In this document: positions 34,581 to 42,066 of the stretch, in pieces | Position numbering within the stretch: position 1 is the first letter of the stretch | Layout: each line of letters begins with the position of its first letter | DNA from: Acidimicrobiales bacterium | Lineage (GTDB): Bacteria > Actinomycetota > Acidimicrobiia > Acidimicrobiales > Salinilacustritrichaceae | DNA length: 42,066 bases | Assembly (NCBI GenBank): GCA_028822535.1 | Contig: JAPKDO010000001.1 | Span: 1-42,066 of the forward strand | Direction: 5' to 3' | The notes under the pieces: generated by a model | Told to the model about the DNA's origin: nothing | Database searches by the model: none | The model's input: only the letters and a program-made list of their open reading frames with translations | Made by a program: the position numbers and the translations under genes

Positions 34581-35795
34581 GTGGCTGAACCGGTCGGGGA
34601 CGCCGGAGGGCCACCGATCCGCCCACCGCGGTCGTTGATCTTCGGGATCACCATCACCGGCATCCTCAACAACACGCTGATCGGCCCGTCGTTGCCCGAC
34701 ATCGTCGCCGACTTCGGCCGCTCCGACTCGGGCGCCGGCATCATCGTCGCCGCCGGCTCGCTCCCCGGTGTGGTCGTCGCGCCGGCCATCGGCCTCGCCG
34801 CCGACCGCTACGGCCGCCGCAACGTGCTCACGCCGTGTCTGCTGGCGTTCGCGGTGTTCGGGCTGTGCGCCGCCGCCGCACCGACCTTCGAACTCCTCGT
34901 CGTCGCCCGCTTGTTCCAGGGCTTCGGGACCGCCGGACTCATCAACCTGGCCGTGGTGTTGATCAGCGATCACTGGGACGGGGTCGAGCGGACCGCCCTC
35001 ATCGGCCGGAACGCCGCCGTGCTCACACTGGGCCTCGCCGTCGCGCCGCCGGTCGGCGGCGTGCTCGCCGAATTCGCGGGTTGGCGGACCTCGCTGCTCC
35101 TGTACGCGGTCGGGATGCCCACCGCAGCCTTCGTGTGGCGATTGCTCCCCGACGACCGACCGGCTGTCGCGGCGTCGATGGGAGACCAACTCCGCGGTGC
35201 CCGGGCGGCACTGGTGAACCCGGTGGTGCTCGCCACGCTCGGCTCGGGCGTGCTGGTCTTCGTGATGATCTTCGGCGGGTTCCTCACCGCCTTCCCGATC
35301 CATCTCGAGGACGACTTCGGCCTCGGCGCCGGCGCTCGGGGCGCCATGATCGCCGTGCCCGCGCTGTCGTCGTGTCTGATCGCGTTCAACCTCGGACGCA
35401 TCCGCCAACGGTTCGCGCTGCGAGGCCTGCTGATCCTCGCCGGATGCACCTACGTGGTCGCCTTCGCCGGAATCGCCGCCTCGGGCGTGCTGGTCGGGAT
35501 CGCCGCAGCGAGCGTGATCTACGGGATCGGCGAAGGCGTGTTCATCCCATCGCTCCAGGACGCCGTCGCCGAGGCGGCGCCACCCGAACAGCGGGGGGCG
35601 GTGTTCGCCGTCTGGGTGGGGGCGGCGCGCCTCGGCCAGACGCTGGGCCCCCTGCTCGTCGCCGGGGTGCTCACGCTCACCACGACGACCGGGGTGTTCG
35701 TCCTGGCGACGGGACTGGCGATGGTCCTGCTGATCGGGCAGATCCTCGGTCCGATCGGGCGGCCGACGGATCGCAGCGCCGCTCCTGCTCGGTAA
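34581..35795 (+). CDS. MFS transporter
   Basis: 12 TM pattern, G.AADRYGRR motif A, LVVARLFQGFG. Confidence 0.92.
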   Translation: MAEPVGDAGGPPIRPPRSLIFGITITGILNNTLIGPSLPDIVADFGRSDSGAGIIVAAGSLPGVVVAPAIGLAADRYGRRNVLTPCLLAFAVFGLCAAAAPTFELLVVARLFQGFGTAGLINLAVVLISDHWDGVERTALIGRNAAVLTLGLAVAPPVGGVLAEFAGWRTSLLLYAVGMPTAAFVWRLLPDDRPAVAASMGDQLRGARAALVNPVVLATLGSGVLVFVMIFGGFLTAFPIHLEDDFGLGAGARGAMIAVPALSSCLIAFNLGRIRQRFALRGLLILAGCTYVVAFAGIAASGVLVGIAAASVIYGIGEGVFIPSLQDAVAEAAPPEQRGAVFAVWVGAARLGQTLGPLLVAGVLTLTTTTGVFVLATGLAMVLLIGQILGPIGRPTDRSAAPAR

Positions 35796-35804
35796 CGTCC
35801 CGCC

Positions 35805-36620
35805 ATGGCCGACACCGCCCCAGACCCCGCGCCCGACGGCGTGCCCGACCTGCAGATCGTGGGTGGTGGCCGCATGGGCGAGGCGCTCCTCACCGGCCTC
35901 CTCGCGGCCGACCCGGGCCGCACGGTCCGAGTCGTCGAGGCGATTCCGGCGCGTGCCGCCGAGCTGCGAATCGCACATCCGTCGATCGAGGTCACGGACG
36001 CGGTGGGAGCAGCGTCCGGAACCGTCCTGGCCGTCAAGCCGCACCAGATCGTCGACGTGTGTGCGGCGGTCGCGCGGACCGGCGGCGGACGCGTGCTGTC
36101 GATCGCCGCCGGCGTGACCATCGCGACCATCGAGGCCGCACTCCCTTCCGGCACGCCCGTCGTGCGAGCGATGCCCAACACGCCCGCGCTGATCGGTCAG
36201 GGAGCGGCGGCGATCGCCGCGGGCACGCACGCCGCCGATGACGATGTCGCCTGGGCCGAGTCGATCCTGTCGGCGGTGGGGTCCGTGTCGGTCGTCCCCG
36301 AGCACCTCCTCGACGCCGTGACCGGGTTGTCGGGGTCCGGGCCTGCCTACGTGTTCGTGGTGCTCGACGCGTTGATCGAGGGCGGCGTCGCGGCCGGGTT
36401 GCCGCGTGAGACCGCCGAGTCGCTCGCCGGCCAGACGCTGCTCGGCGCCGCCGGCCTGTACCTCGCCGGCGACAAGTCGCCGGGAGAGCTGCGCGCCCAG
36501 GTCACCAGTCCCGGCGGCACCACGGCCGCCGGCCTCCGCGTCCTCGAGCAGCGCGCGGTGCGGTCGGCGCTCATCGACGCGGTGATCGCCGCGCGGGACC
36601 GCTCGATCGAACTCGGCTGA
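35805..36620 (+). CDS. proC: Pyrroline-5-carboxylate reductase
   Basis: GGGRMG, LAVKP, SIAAG, RAMPNTP, TGLSGSGPAY, VTSPGGTT. Confidence 0.97.
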   Translation: MADTAPDPAPDGVPDLQIVGGGRMGEALLTGLLAADPGRTVRVVEAIPARAAELRIAHPSIEVTDAVGAASGTVLAVKPHQIVDVCAAVARTGGGRVLSIAAGVTIATIEAALPSGTPVVRAMPNTPALIGQGAAAIAAGTHAADDDVAWAESILSAVGSVSVVPEHLLDAVTGLSGSGPAYVFVVLDALIEGGVAAGLPRETAESLAGQTLLGAAGLYLAGDKSPGELRAQVTSPGGTTAAGLRVLEQRAVRSALIDAVIAARDRSIELG

Positions 36621-36749
36621 GTCGCTGCGCCCGCGGACGTCGTCCGGCCACTCCAGCACCATCCACCACATCGGTCACGCCAGCTGCTAGTGGCCCCAGG
36701 AGTCACGGTGTCGTACAGTCCGCCCCGGAGAGAGAAGAGGGGTACTTCC

Positions 36750-36929
36750 ATGGCTCATACGTTCCTCACGCCTCGTGAGGTCGCCGAAGCACTGCGCGTG
36801 TCCGACATGACCGTCTACCGGCTCATCAAGTCGGGCGAGCTGCGCGCCCTGCGCATCGGCAAGTCGTACCGGATCAGCGCCGAGGACTTCGACGCCTACC
36901 TGTCGGCCCGCTTCACGGAAGCCGGCTGA
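36750..36929 (+). CDS. Excisionase-family HTH DNA-binding protein (Rv0500A-like)
   Basis: FLTPREVAEALRVSDMTVYRLIKSGEL.A.RIGKSYRI. AGAGGGG RBS; position after proC. Confidence 0.9.
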   Translation: MAHTFLTPREVAEALRVSDMTVYRLIKSGELRALRIGKSYRISAEDFDAYLSARFTEAG

Positions 36930-36949
36930 GAGGACGTAGCGTCGGTGGG

Positions 36950-37852
36950 GTGAGCAACCTGCACCCCGAACTGCGATACGACACCGTCTCGTTCCTGTCC
37001 GACTACGGGCGGGCCGATGAGTTCGTGGGTGTCGTGCACTCGCTCATCCGTTCGACGGCGCCGGGCGTCGGCATCGTCGACATCAGCCACGACATCCCGC
37101 GTCACGACGTGCGCGCCGGCGGGCTCACCCTCGCCCGAAGCGCCCAGTACCTGTGTCCCGGCGTGGTGCTCGCGGTCGTCGACCCGGGCGTCGGCACCGA
37201 CCGGCGTGGGCTCGCGATCGAGGTCGGCGACGGGCAGTCCGTGTTGCTCGGTCCCGACAACGGCCTGCTCGCCCCTGCCGTCGCCATGGTCGGCGGCGCC
37301 ACCCGTGCGGTGTCGCTCACCAACACCGACTACCACCTGCCTGCGCCCGGCCCGACCTTCGACGGTCGCGACATCTTCGCTCCGGTGGCCGGCGCGCTGT
37401 GCATGGGCGCCGACATCGCCGACCTCGGTGAGATCGTCGACCCCAACTCGCTCACGCCCGGCATCTTGCCGGTGGCTCGCGAGGAGGACGGCGACCTCGT
37501 CGCCGAGGTCATGTGGGTCGACCACTTCGGGAACTGCCAGCTGAACCTCGACCCCGACGACCTCGAGGGTTGGGGCGACGTCGTCCAGGTGCAGGTGGGG
37601 ACCGACCCGACGGCGGATTGGCGCCAACTCCGACGCGTCGAGACCTTCAGCCAGATCGCCGACGGCCAGATCGGTCTGATCATCGACAGCTACGGCGTGC
37701 TCACCGTCGCGGTCGACCGCCGATCGGCCGAGACCGAACTCGGCGCCCGGAGCGGGTCCGAGATCCGGTTGCGCCGCCTCGACGACGCCGACCGACCATC
37801 TGCCGGCGTGACGACGTCGGTCGAACTCGGCGCCCGGAAGGGAGACGCATGA
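36950..37852 (+). CDS. SAM hydroxide adenosyltransferase / chlorinase-fluorinase family (DUF62)
   Basis: LSDYG, DISH, AVVDPGVGT.R, GPDNG, TFDGRDIFAP, VDHFGN. Confidence 0.93.
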   Translation: MSNLHPELRYDTVSFLSDYGRADEFVGVVHSLIRSTAPGVGIVDISHDIPRHDVRAGGLTLARSAQYLCPGVVLAVVDPGVGTDRRGLAIEVGDGQSVLLGPDNGLLAPAVAMVGGATRAVSLTNTDYHLPAPGPTFDGRDIFAPVAGALCMGADIADLGEIVDPNSLTPGILPVAREEDGDLVAEVMWVDHFGNCQLNLDPDDLEGWGDVVQVQVGTDPTADWRQLRRVETFSQIADGQIGLIIDSYGVLTVAVDRRSAETELGARSGSEIRLRRLDDADRPSAGVTTSVELGARKGDA

Positions 37853-37935
37853 GGCCCGGCACCACCATCGTCCTCGGATTCCTGTTGCTGTTGATCATCG
37901 GCGCCGCGGTGCTGCAGCTCGTCATCTTGACCTGA
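37849..37935 (+). CDS. 28-aa single-TM small protein
   Basis: MRPGTTIVLGFLLLLIIGAAVLQLVILT. ATGA overlap with the DUF62 stop and an AAGGGAG RBS. Confidence 0.65.
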   Translation: MRPGTTIVLGFLLLLIIGAAVLQLVILT

Positions 37936-37973
37936 CGCGACCACCTGCGGCCGGCCGTTCTCCGGGAGGATCG

Positions 37974-38792
37974 TCAGACCTGGGCGACGAGCGCGTCGCG
38001 GGTGAAGCGCTTGACGCCGCCCCGCAACAGGACGAGCGCCACGGCCCAGATGACCGCACCGATCGCGATCGCGACCGGGGTGTCCACCAGCAACAGGCCC
38101 GTCGACTGGCCCACGGCCAAGAAGATCAGCGGGAGGATCACGGCGCCACCGAGCTGGTTCGCCTCCTGCGACGTGCTCGTGCGCGCCGACACCCGCACCA
38201 TCACCGACAGCCCGAGTGTGGCGACAGCCGGTGCGACCCACAGGATCATCACCATCCAGAGCTTCGTGGGGACGAACATGCGGTGCATCACCGGCCAGGC
38301 GATGGTGTTCGTGACGATGGCGAAGGCGACGAACCCGAGCCAGGACACCGCCACGGCGGGCAGGAACGCCGTCAAGAACTTGGCGACGAACAGGTCTCGG
38401 GCTCGGATCGGAGAGTGGAGCAGCGACTCGAGGGTCTTGCGCTCCTTCTCGCCGGCGAACGCATCGGCGGCGAGGACCGCCGAGACCATGAGCGGGACGA
38501 TGAGGAACAGCGGCGCGAGCAGGTAGCCGTTCACCAACACGATGAGCTGTTCCCGCTCGGGGAGCGAGAGGATCGGCTCCGCCAGGTCGCCGGGGATCGA
38601 GGTGAGCAGGCGGTCCACGCCGACACCTTCGGTCGCGCGGGCCGAGAGTCCGATCACCGCAGGGAGGACGATCATCAACAGCACCGGCACCGCCAGCATC
38701 GGGATCACGACCGACTTCGACCGCCGTACGGCTCGCAGATCTTTGCCCACGACACCGCGCACCGCCACCCAGTCGGTCCGTTGGCGGCTCAC
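37974..38792 (-). CDS. ABC-2 type transporter permease
   Basis: 6 TM helices, AGEKERKTLESLLHSP, LFVAKF. GTGA overlap with the ATPase gene. Confidence 0.92.
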   Translation of the reverse strand: MSRQRTDWVAVRGVVGKDLRAVRRSKSVVIPMLAVPVLLMIVLPAVIGLSARATEGVGVDRLLTSIPGDLAEPILSLPEREQLIVLVNGYLLAPLFLIVPLMVSAVLAADAFAGEKERKTLESLLHSPIRARDLFVAKFLTAFLPAVAVSWLGFVAFAIVTNTIAWPVMHRMFVPTKLWMVMILWVAPAVATLGLSVMVRVSARTSTSQEANQLGGAVILPLIFLAVGQSTGLLLVDTPVAIAIGAVIWAVALVLLRGGVKRFTRDALVAQV

Positions 38793-39841
38793 GTGCGTAC
38801 CCGCTTTCGCATCGGTGGCGGCGCCGGCGGCCCGGTCGGCGGCGGGGTCGTCGTCGGTGTCTCGAGTGCTCGCCTCGCCTCGATCTCGAAGTAGACGTCC
38901 TCGAGCGTCGGCGGGCGGGGCACCGCGGCATGGACGTCGACCTGATGGGCGACGAGCGAGCGGACGACGCCGGCGACGACATCGGGCGTGCTCACGCGGA
39001 TCGTGATCCCCCGGGCGTGTGGTGTCGTGTCCCGGACCCCGGAGACCGCGTTCGCCGCGTCGATCGCTGCAGCCGACGGCGAACCCCCGAGGTCGAGGTC
39101 GCACTCCATGCCGTCCCACAGTTCGGCGGCGAGGTCGTCGGGTCGACCGAACGCGATGAGCGAACCTCGGTCGAGGACCGCCATCCGGTCCGCGAGCCGG
39201 CCGGCCTCGCCCAGGAAATGCGTGGCCAAGACGATGGTCCGCCCGTGCTCGGACGCGAGCGAACCGATGAGTTCCACGACGTCGCGGGTGGCGGTCGGAT
39301 CGAGCCCGGAGGTCGGCTCGTCGAGAAACAGGACGTCTGGGTCGTGGAGCAGCGCCCGTGCGAGTCCCAGGCGTTTCCGTTGCCCGGTCGATGCGCCACG
39401 GACGAGTCGGTCCGCGCGTTCGGTCATCCCGAAGCGGTGCAACAGTTCCTCGATGCGGGACTCGATGGCTGGTCCCCGCAGGTTGCGCACCATGGCCGCA
39501 TAGCGGAGGTTTTCGCGAGCGGTCAGCCGGTCGTCGAGGCCGGCGTGTTCGGTGAGTACGCCGGTGCGGGCGCGGAGTTCATCGCCCGCCGTGACCGGGT
39601 CGAGGCCGAGGACCGTCGCGGACCCGGCATCCGGCGCCAGCACGCCGTTGAGCAACCGCACGGTCGTCGTCTTGCCGGCGCCGTTCGGCCCCAGCAGCGC
39701 CAGCACCTCGCCGGGCGCGACGTCGATCGACAGTGAATCGAGGCCCACGCCGCCTGGGAACTGGCGCGTCAAGCCGGTGGTCACGATGCCGCGCTCAGCG
39801 GCCGCTCGATGCGATTCGTCGCTGGTCCGCCCCCGATCCAC
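38789..39841 (-). CDS. ABC transporter ATP-binding protein
   Basis: GPNGAGKTT, ASTGQRKR signature, LFLDEPTSGLD, THFL. Start uncertain. Confidence 0.93.
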   Translation of the reverse strand: MDRGRTSDESHRAAAERGIVTTGLTRQFPGGVGLDSLSIDVAPGEVLALLGPNGAGKTTTVRLLNGVLAPDAGSATVLGLDPVTAGDELRARTGVLTEHAGLDDRLTARENLRYAAMVRNLRGPAIESRIEELLHRFGMTERADRLVRGASTGQRKRLGLARALLHDPDVLFLDEPTSGLDPTATRDVVELIGSLASEHGRTIVLATHFLGEAGRLADRMAVLDRGSLIAFGRPDDLAAELWDGMECDLDLGGSPSAAAIDAANAVSGVRDTTPHARGITIRVSTPDVVAGVVRSLVAHQVDVHAAVPRPPTLEDVYFEIEARRALETPTTTPPPTGPPAPPPMRKRVRT

Positions 39842-39936
39842 CGCACCAGTGTGCCGTCTGGGCCTGCGCCGGACGACGGCAACGTGGTGAACTGTGCCGG
39901 TCCGCCGTTTCGGGGAACCCACTGGAGAGCACGCTC

Positions 39937-41445
39937 TTGAACCTCGCCGCCATCTGCGCCGATCATCCCGACGATGCCGTTGCCCTGATCTCTCGAGGGC
40001 ACACCACGACCTACGGAGAACTGCGCGACCAGGTCGGCCGCCTCCGAGGCGGGCTCGTGGCCAACGGCATCGAGCCGGGAGACCACGTCGCCATCATCGC
40101 TGCGAACAACTGGTACTTCGTGGCGACCTACCTGGCGGTTGTGGGCATCGGCGCGGTCGCGGTACCGCTCAACCCGTCCAGCCCCGGCCCCGAACTGGTG
40201 CGCGAACTCGCGAACATCGAGGCCAAGGCCGTGGTCGTCGGGCCGACAGGCCGGCGCTCCTTCGCCGACATCGATCGCGGTCAGGTGCCGTCGCTGCAGC
40301 TCGTGGTGCGTGCGGCCGGCGACGAGGACGGTCCCGACGGGTGGGTCGATCTCGACTCGTTGCTCGAGGCCGACCCGGCGCCGATCGTCGAGCGCGACCC
40401 GGACGACCTCGCCGTGCTCATGTTCACGAGCGGCACCGCCGGATTCCCCAAGGCAGCGATGCTCAGCCACGGCAACCTGCTCGCGAACCTCGAGCAGATC
40501 CAGCGCCACCCCTTCCGTGCCCAGACCGCCGACGACGTGTCGCTCGGCGTCTTGCCGTTCTTCCACATCTTCGGTCTGAACGTGGTGCTCGGCATCGCGT
40601 TGTATTCGGGCGGCTCCGTGCTCACGGTCGAGCGGTTCGATCCCGAGTCCGCCCTCGAGGCCATCGCGAAGCACGGGGTCACGACGATCTCCGGCGCCCC
40701 GGCCATGTGGGCCGGGTGGGCACACCTCCCGGGTGCGGGAGCAGGTGCGTTCACCTCGGTCCGATCCGCGAGCTCGGGGGCGTCGAAGCTGGACGAGACG
40801 GTGCACGCGACCATGATCGAGCGGTTCGGCCTCGAGGTGAACGAGGGTTACGGCCTCACCGAAGCGTCGCCGGTCGTCACCACGAGCATGGGGATCCCGG
40901 CGCCCCCGGAGAGCATCGGCGCACCCCTCCCGGGTGTCCGACTGCGGCTCATCGACTCGGACGGGCAGGACGTGCTCGTCGGCGACGCCGGCGAGATCCG
41001 GGTCCATGGCCCGAACGTGTTCCAGGGGTACTGGCAGGACCCGGAGGCCACCGCCAACGCGCTCACCGAGGACGGCTGGCTCAAGACCGGTGATCTGGCC
41101 GTGGTCGACGAGTCGGGCTTCCTGTTCCTGGTCGACCGCATGAAAGACCTCATCATCGTGTCGGGCTTCAACGTGTATCCCGGCGAGGTCGAGTCCGTGC
41201 TCGCCGAGCATCCGGCGATCGCCCAGGCGGCCGTCGTCGGGGTCCAGCATCCGCACTCGGGCGAAGCGGTGAAGGCCTATGTCGTCGTCGCCGAGGGCAA
41301 GGCGGTCGAGGAGGACGACGTCATCGCGTTCTGCGAGCAGAAGATGGCGCGGTACAAGTGTCCGCAGAAGATCATCTTCGTCGACGAGATCCCCCAGGGG
41401 CTCGGTGGCAAGGTGCTCAAGCGGGAGCTGCGCGCCGCCGACTGA
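39937..41445 (+). CDS. Long-chain fatty acid--CoA ligase (AMP-binding)
   Basis: FTSGTAGFPK, LPFFHIFG, EGYGLTE, WLKTGD, DRMKDLIIVSGFNVYP, GKVLK. GGAGAG RBS before TTG. Confidence 0.94.
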   Translation: MNLAAICADHPDDAVALISRGHTTTYGELRDQVGRLRGGLVANGIEPGDHVAIIAANNWYFVATYLAVVGIGAVAVPLNPSSPGPELVRELANIEAKAVVVGPTGRRSFADIDRGQVPSLQLVVRAAGDEDGPDGWVDLDSLLEADPAPIVERDPDDLAVLMFTSGTAGFPKAAMLSHGNLLANLEQIQRHPFRAQTADDVSLGVLPFFHIFGLNVVLGIALYSGGSVLTVERFDPESALEAIAKHGVTTISGAPAMWAGWAHLPGAGAGAFTSVRSASSGASKLDETVHATMIERFGLEVNEGYGLTEASPVVTTSMGIPAPPESIGAPLPGVRLRLIDSDGQDVLVGDAGEIRVHGPNVFQGYWQDPEATANALTEDGWLKTGDLAVVDESGFLFLVDRMKDLIIVSGFNVYPGEVESVLAEHPAIAQAAVVGVQHPHSGEAVKAYVVVAEGKAVEEDDVIAFCEQKMARYKCPQKIIFVDEIPQGLGGKVLKRELRAAD

Positions 41446-41460
41446 GGGCCCCTCGGCACT

Positions 41461-41478
41461 TTGTGAGCGATCGCACGA
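41461..41478. promoter_or_regulatory. Rex operator (ROP)-like site upstream of rex
   Basis: TTGTGAG-CGAT-CGCACGA versus consensus TTGTGAA-N4-TTCACAA; 22 nt upstream of the rex start. Confidence 0.6.
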
Positions 41479-41500
41479 GCGCCGGTACCCTCGGTGACCG

Positions 41501-42066
41501 ATGAGCGACGGCCCCAACAGCAGTCCCGAGGACGCCGGGCCGAAACGCATCCCCGACGCCACCGTCGCCCGCCTGCCGATCTACCTGCGCAGCCTCCTCG
41601 AACTCGCGGCCGACACGCTCACGGTGAGCTCCGAGCAACTCGCCGACTCTGCCGGTGTCAACGCCGCCAAGGTGCGCAAGGACCTCTCGTATCTGGGCAG
41701 TTACGGCACTCGGGGCGTCGGCTACGACGTCGAATACCTGCAGGGCCAGATGCGCCGAGCGTTGGGCCTCACACACGATTGGCCGGTCGTCATCGTGGGC
41801 ATCGGCAACCTGGGTGCGGCGCTCGCCAAGTACGGCGGCTTCGGCGATCGTGGCTATCCCGTCGCGGCGCTCGTCGACGCCGACCCGTCGGTCGTGGGCA
41901 GCGAGTTCGGCGGACTCGTCGTCCAGCCGGCCTCGGCGCTCGCCGACGTCGTCCGCGAGCACGAGATCGGCATCGGCGTCATCACCACGCCGGCGGCAGC
42001 CGCACAGCCCGTGGCCGACGAACTCATCGCAGCCCGAATGAACGAAGAACAAATGGCGGAGCACTT
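41501..42066 (+). CDS. rex: Redox-sensing transcriptional repressor Rex (partial; similarity stops near 42034)
   Basis: Not in the ORF track. IPDATVARLPIYLR, VSSEQLA, AKVRKDLS.LGSYGTRGVGY, VGIGNLG.AL, ITTPA.AAQ.VAD.L. Confidence 0.95.
   Translation, partial: MSDGPNSSPEDAGPKRIPDATVARLPIYLRSLLELAADTLTVSSEQLADSAGVNAAKVRKDLSYLGSYGTRGVGYDVEYLQGQMRRALGLTHDWPVVIVGIGNLGAALAKYGGFGDRGYPVAALVDADPSVVGSEFGGLVVQPASALADVVREHEIGIGVITTPAAAAQPVADELIAARMNEEQMAEH

Noticed and set aside
36750-36929. Excisionase-like gene as a sign of a prophage or ICE
   Set aside because: It matches the chromosomal Rv0500A-like HTH normally found after proC, and there are no mobile genes nearby. The bS22 gene that often follows it was not seen here, but that may be a simple rearrangement.

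Overview
This is a high-GC chromosomal segment, probably from an Acidimicrobiia-like actinobacterium. That taxon call is an inference from gene content (mshA, F420-dependent LLM oxidoreductase, whiB7, rsiG, Rv1683-like fusion, mshA-ybjN...proC-HTH...rex order). It carries about 50 mostly housekeeping, lipid-metabolism and stress CDSs and one tRNA-Lys(UUU). I found no integrase, transposase, prophage or CRISPR array. The most notable signals are: (1) a whiB7/wblC locus with a complete leader readable from sequence (AT-tract plus -35, a Thr/Ala-rich 76-aa uORF, antiterminator and GAAA-loop terminator); (2) an unexplained cluster of about 170 nt of hairpins just downstream of whiB7, with a twice-repeated GA/GA-stem-CCU module; (3) a Csp3-like four-helix bundle that has lost most of its cysteines; (4) a secreted CSLREA protein ending in a bare PTFTG with no membrane anchor; (5) several apparent pseudo-enzymes or damaged genes (DinB in-frame deletion, Ser-less alpha/beta-hydrolase, degenerate CdsA-like protein next to a MoaD-like protein, arylsulfatase remnant beside a REP-like hairpin); (6) an abrupt junction inside rex at the window end. 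All family calls are by eye and from recalled motifs; no searches were run.
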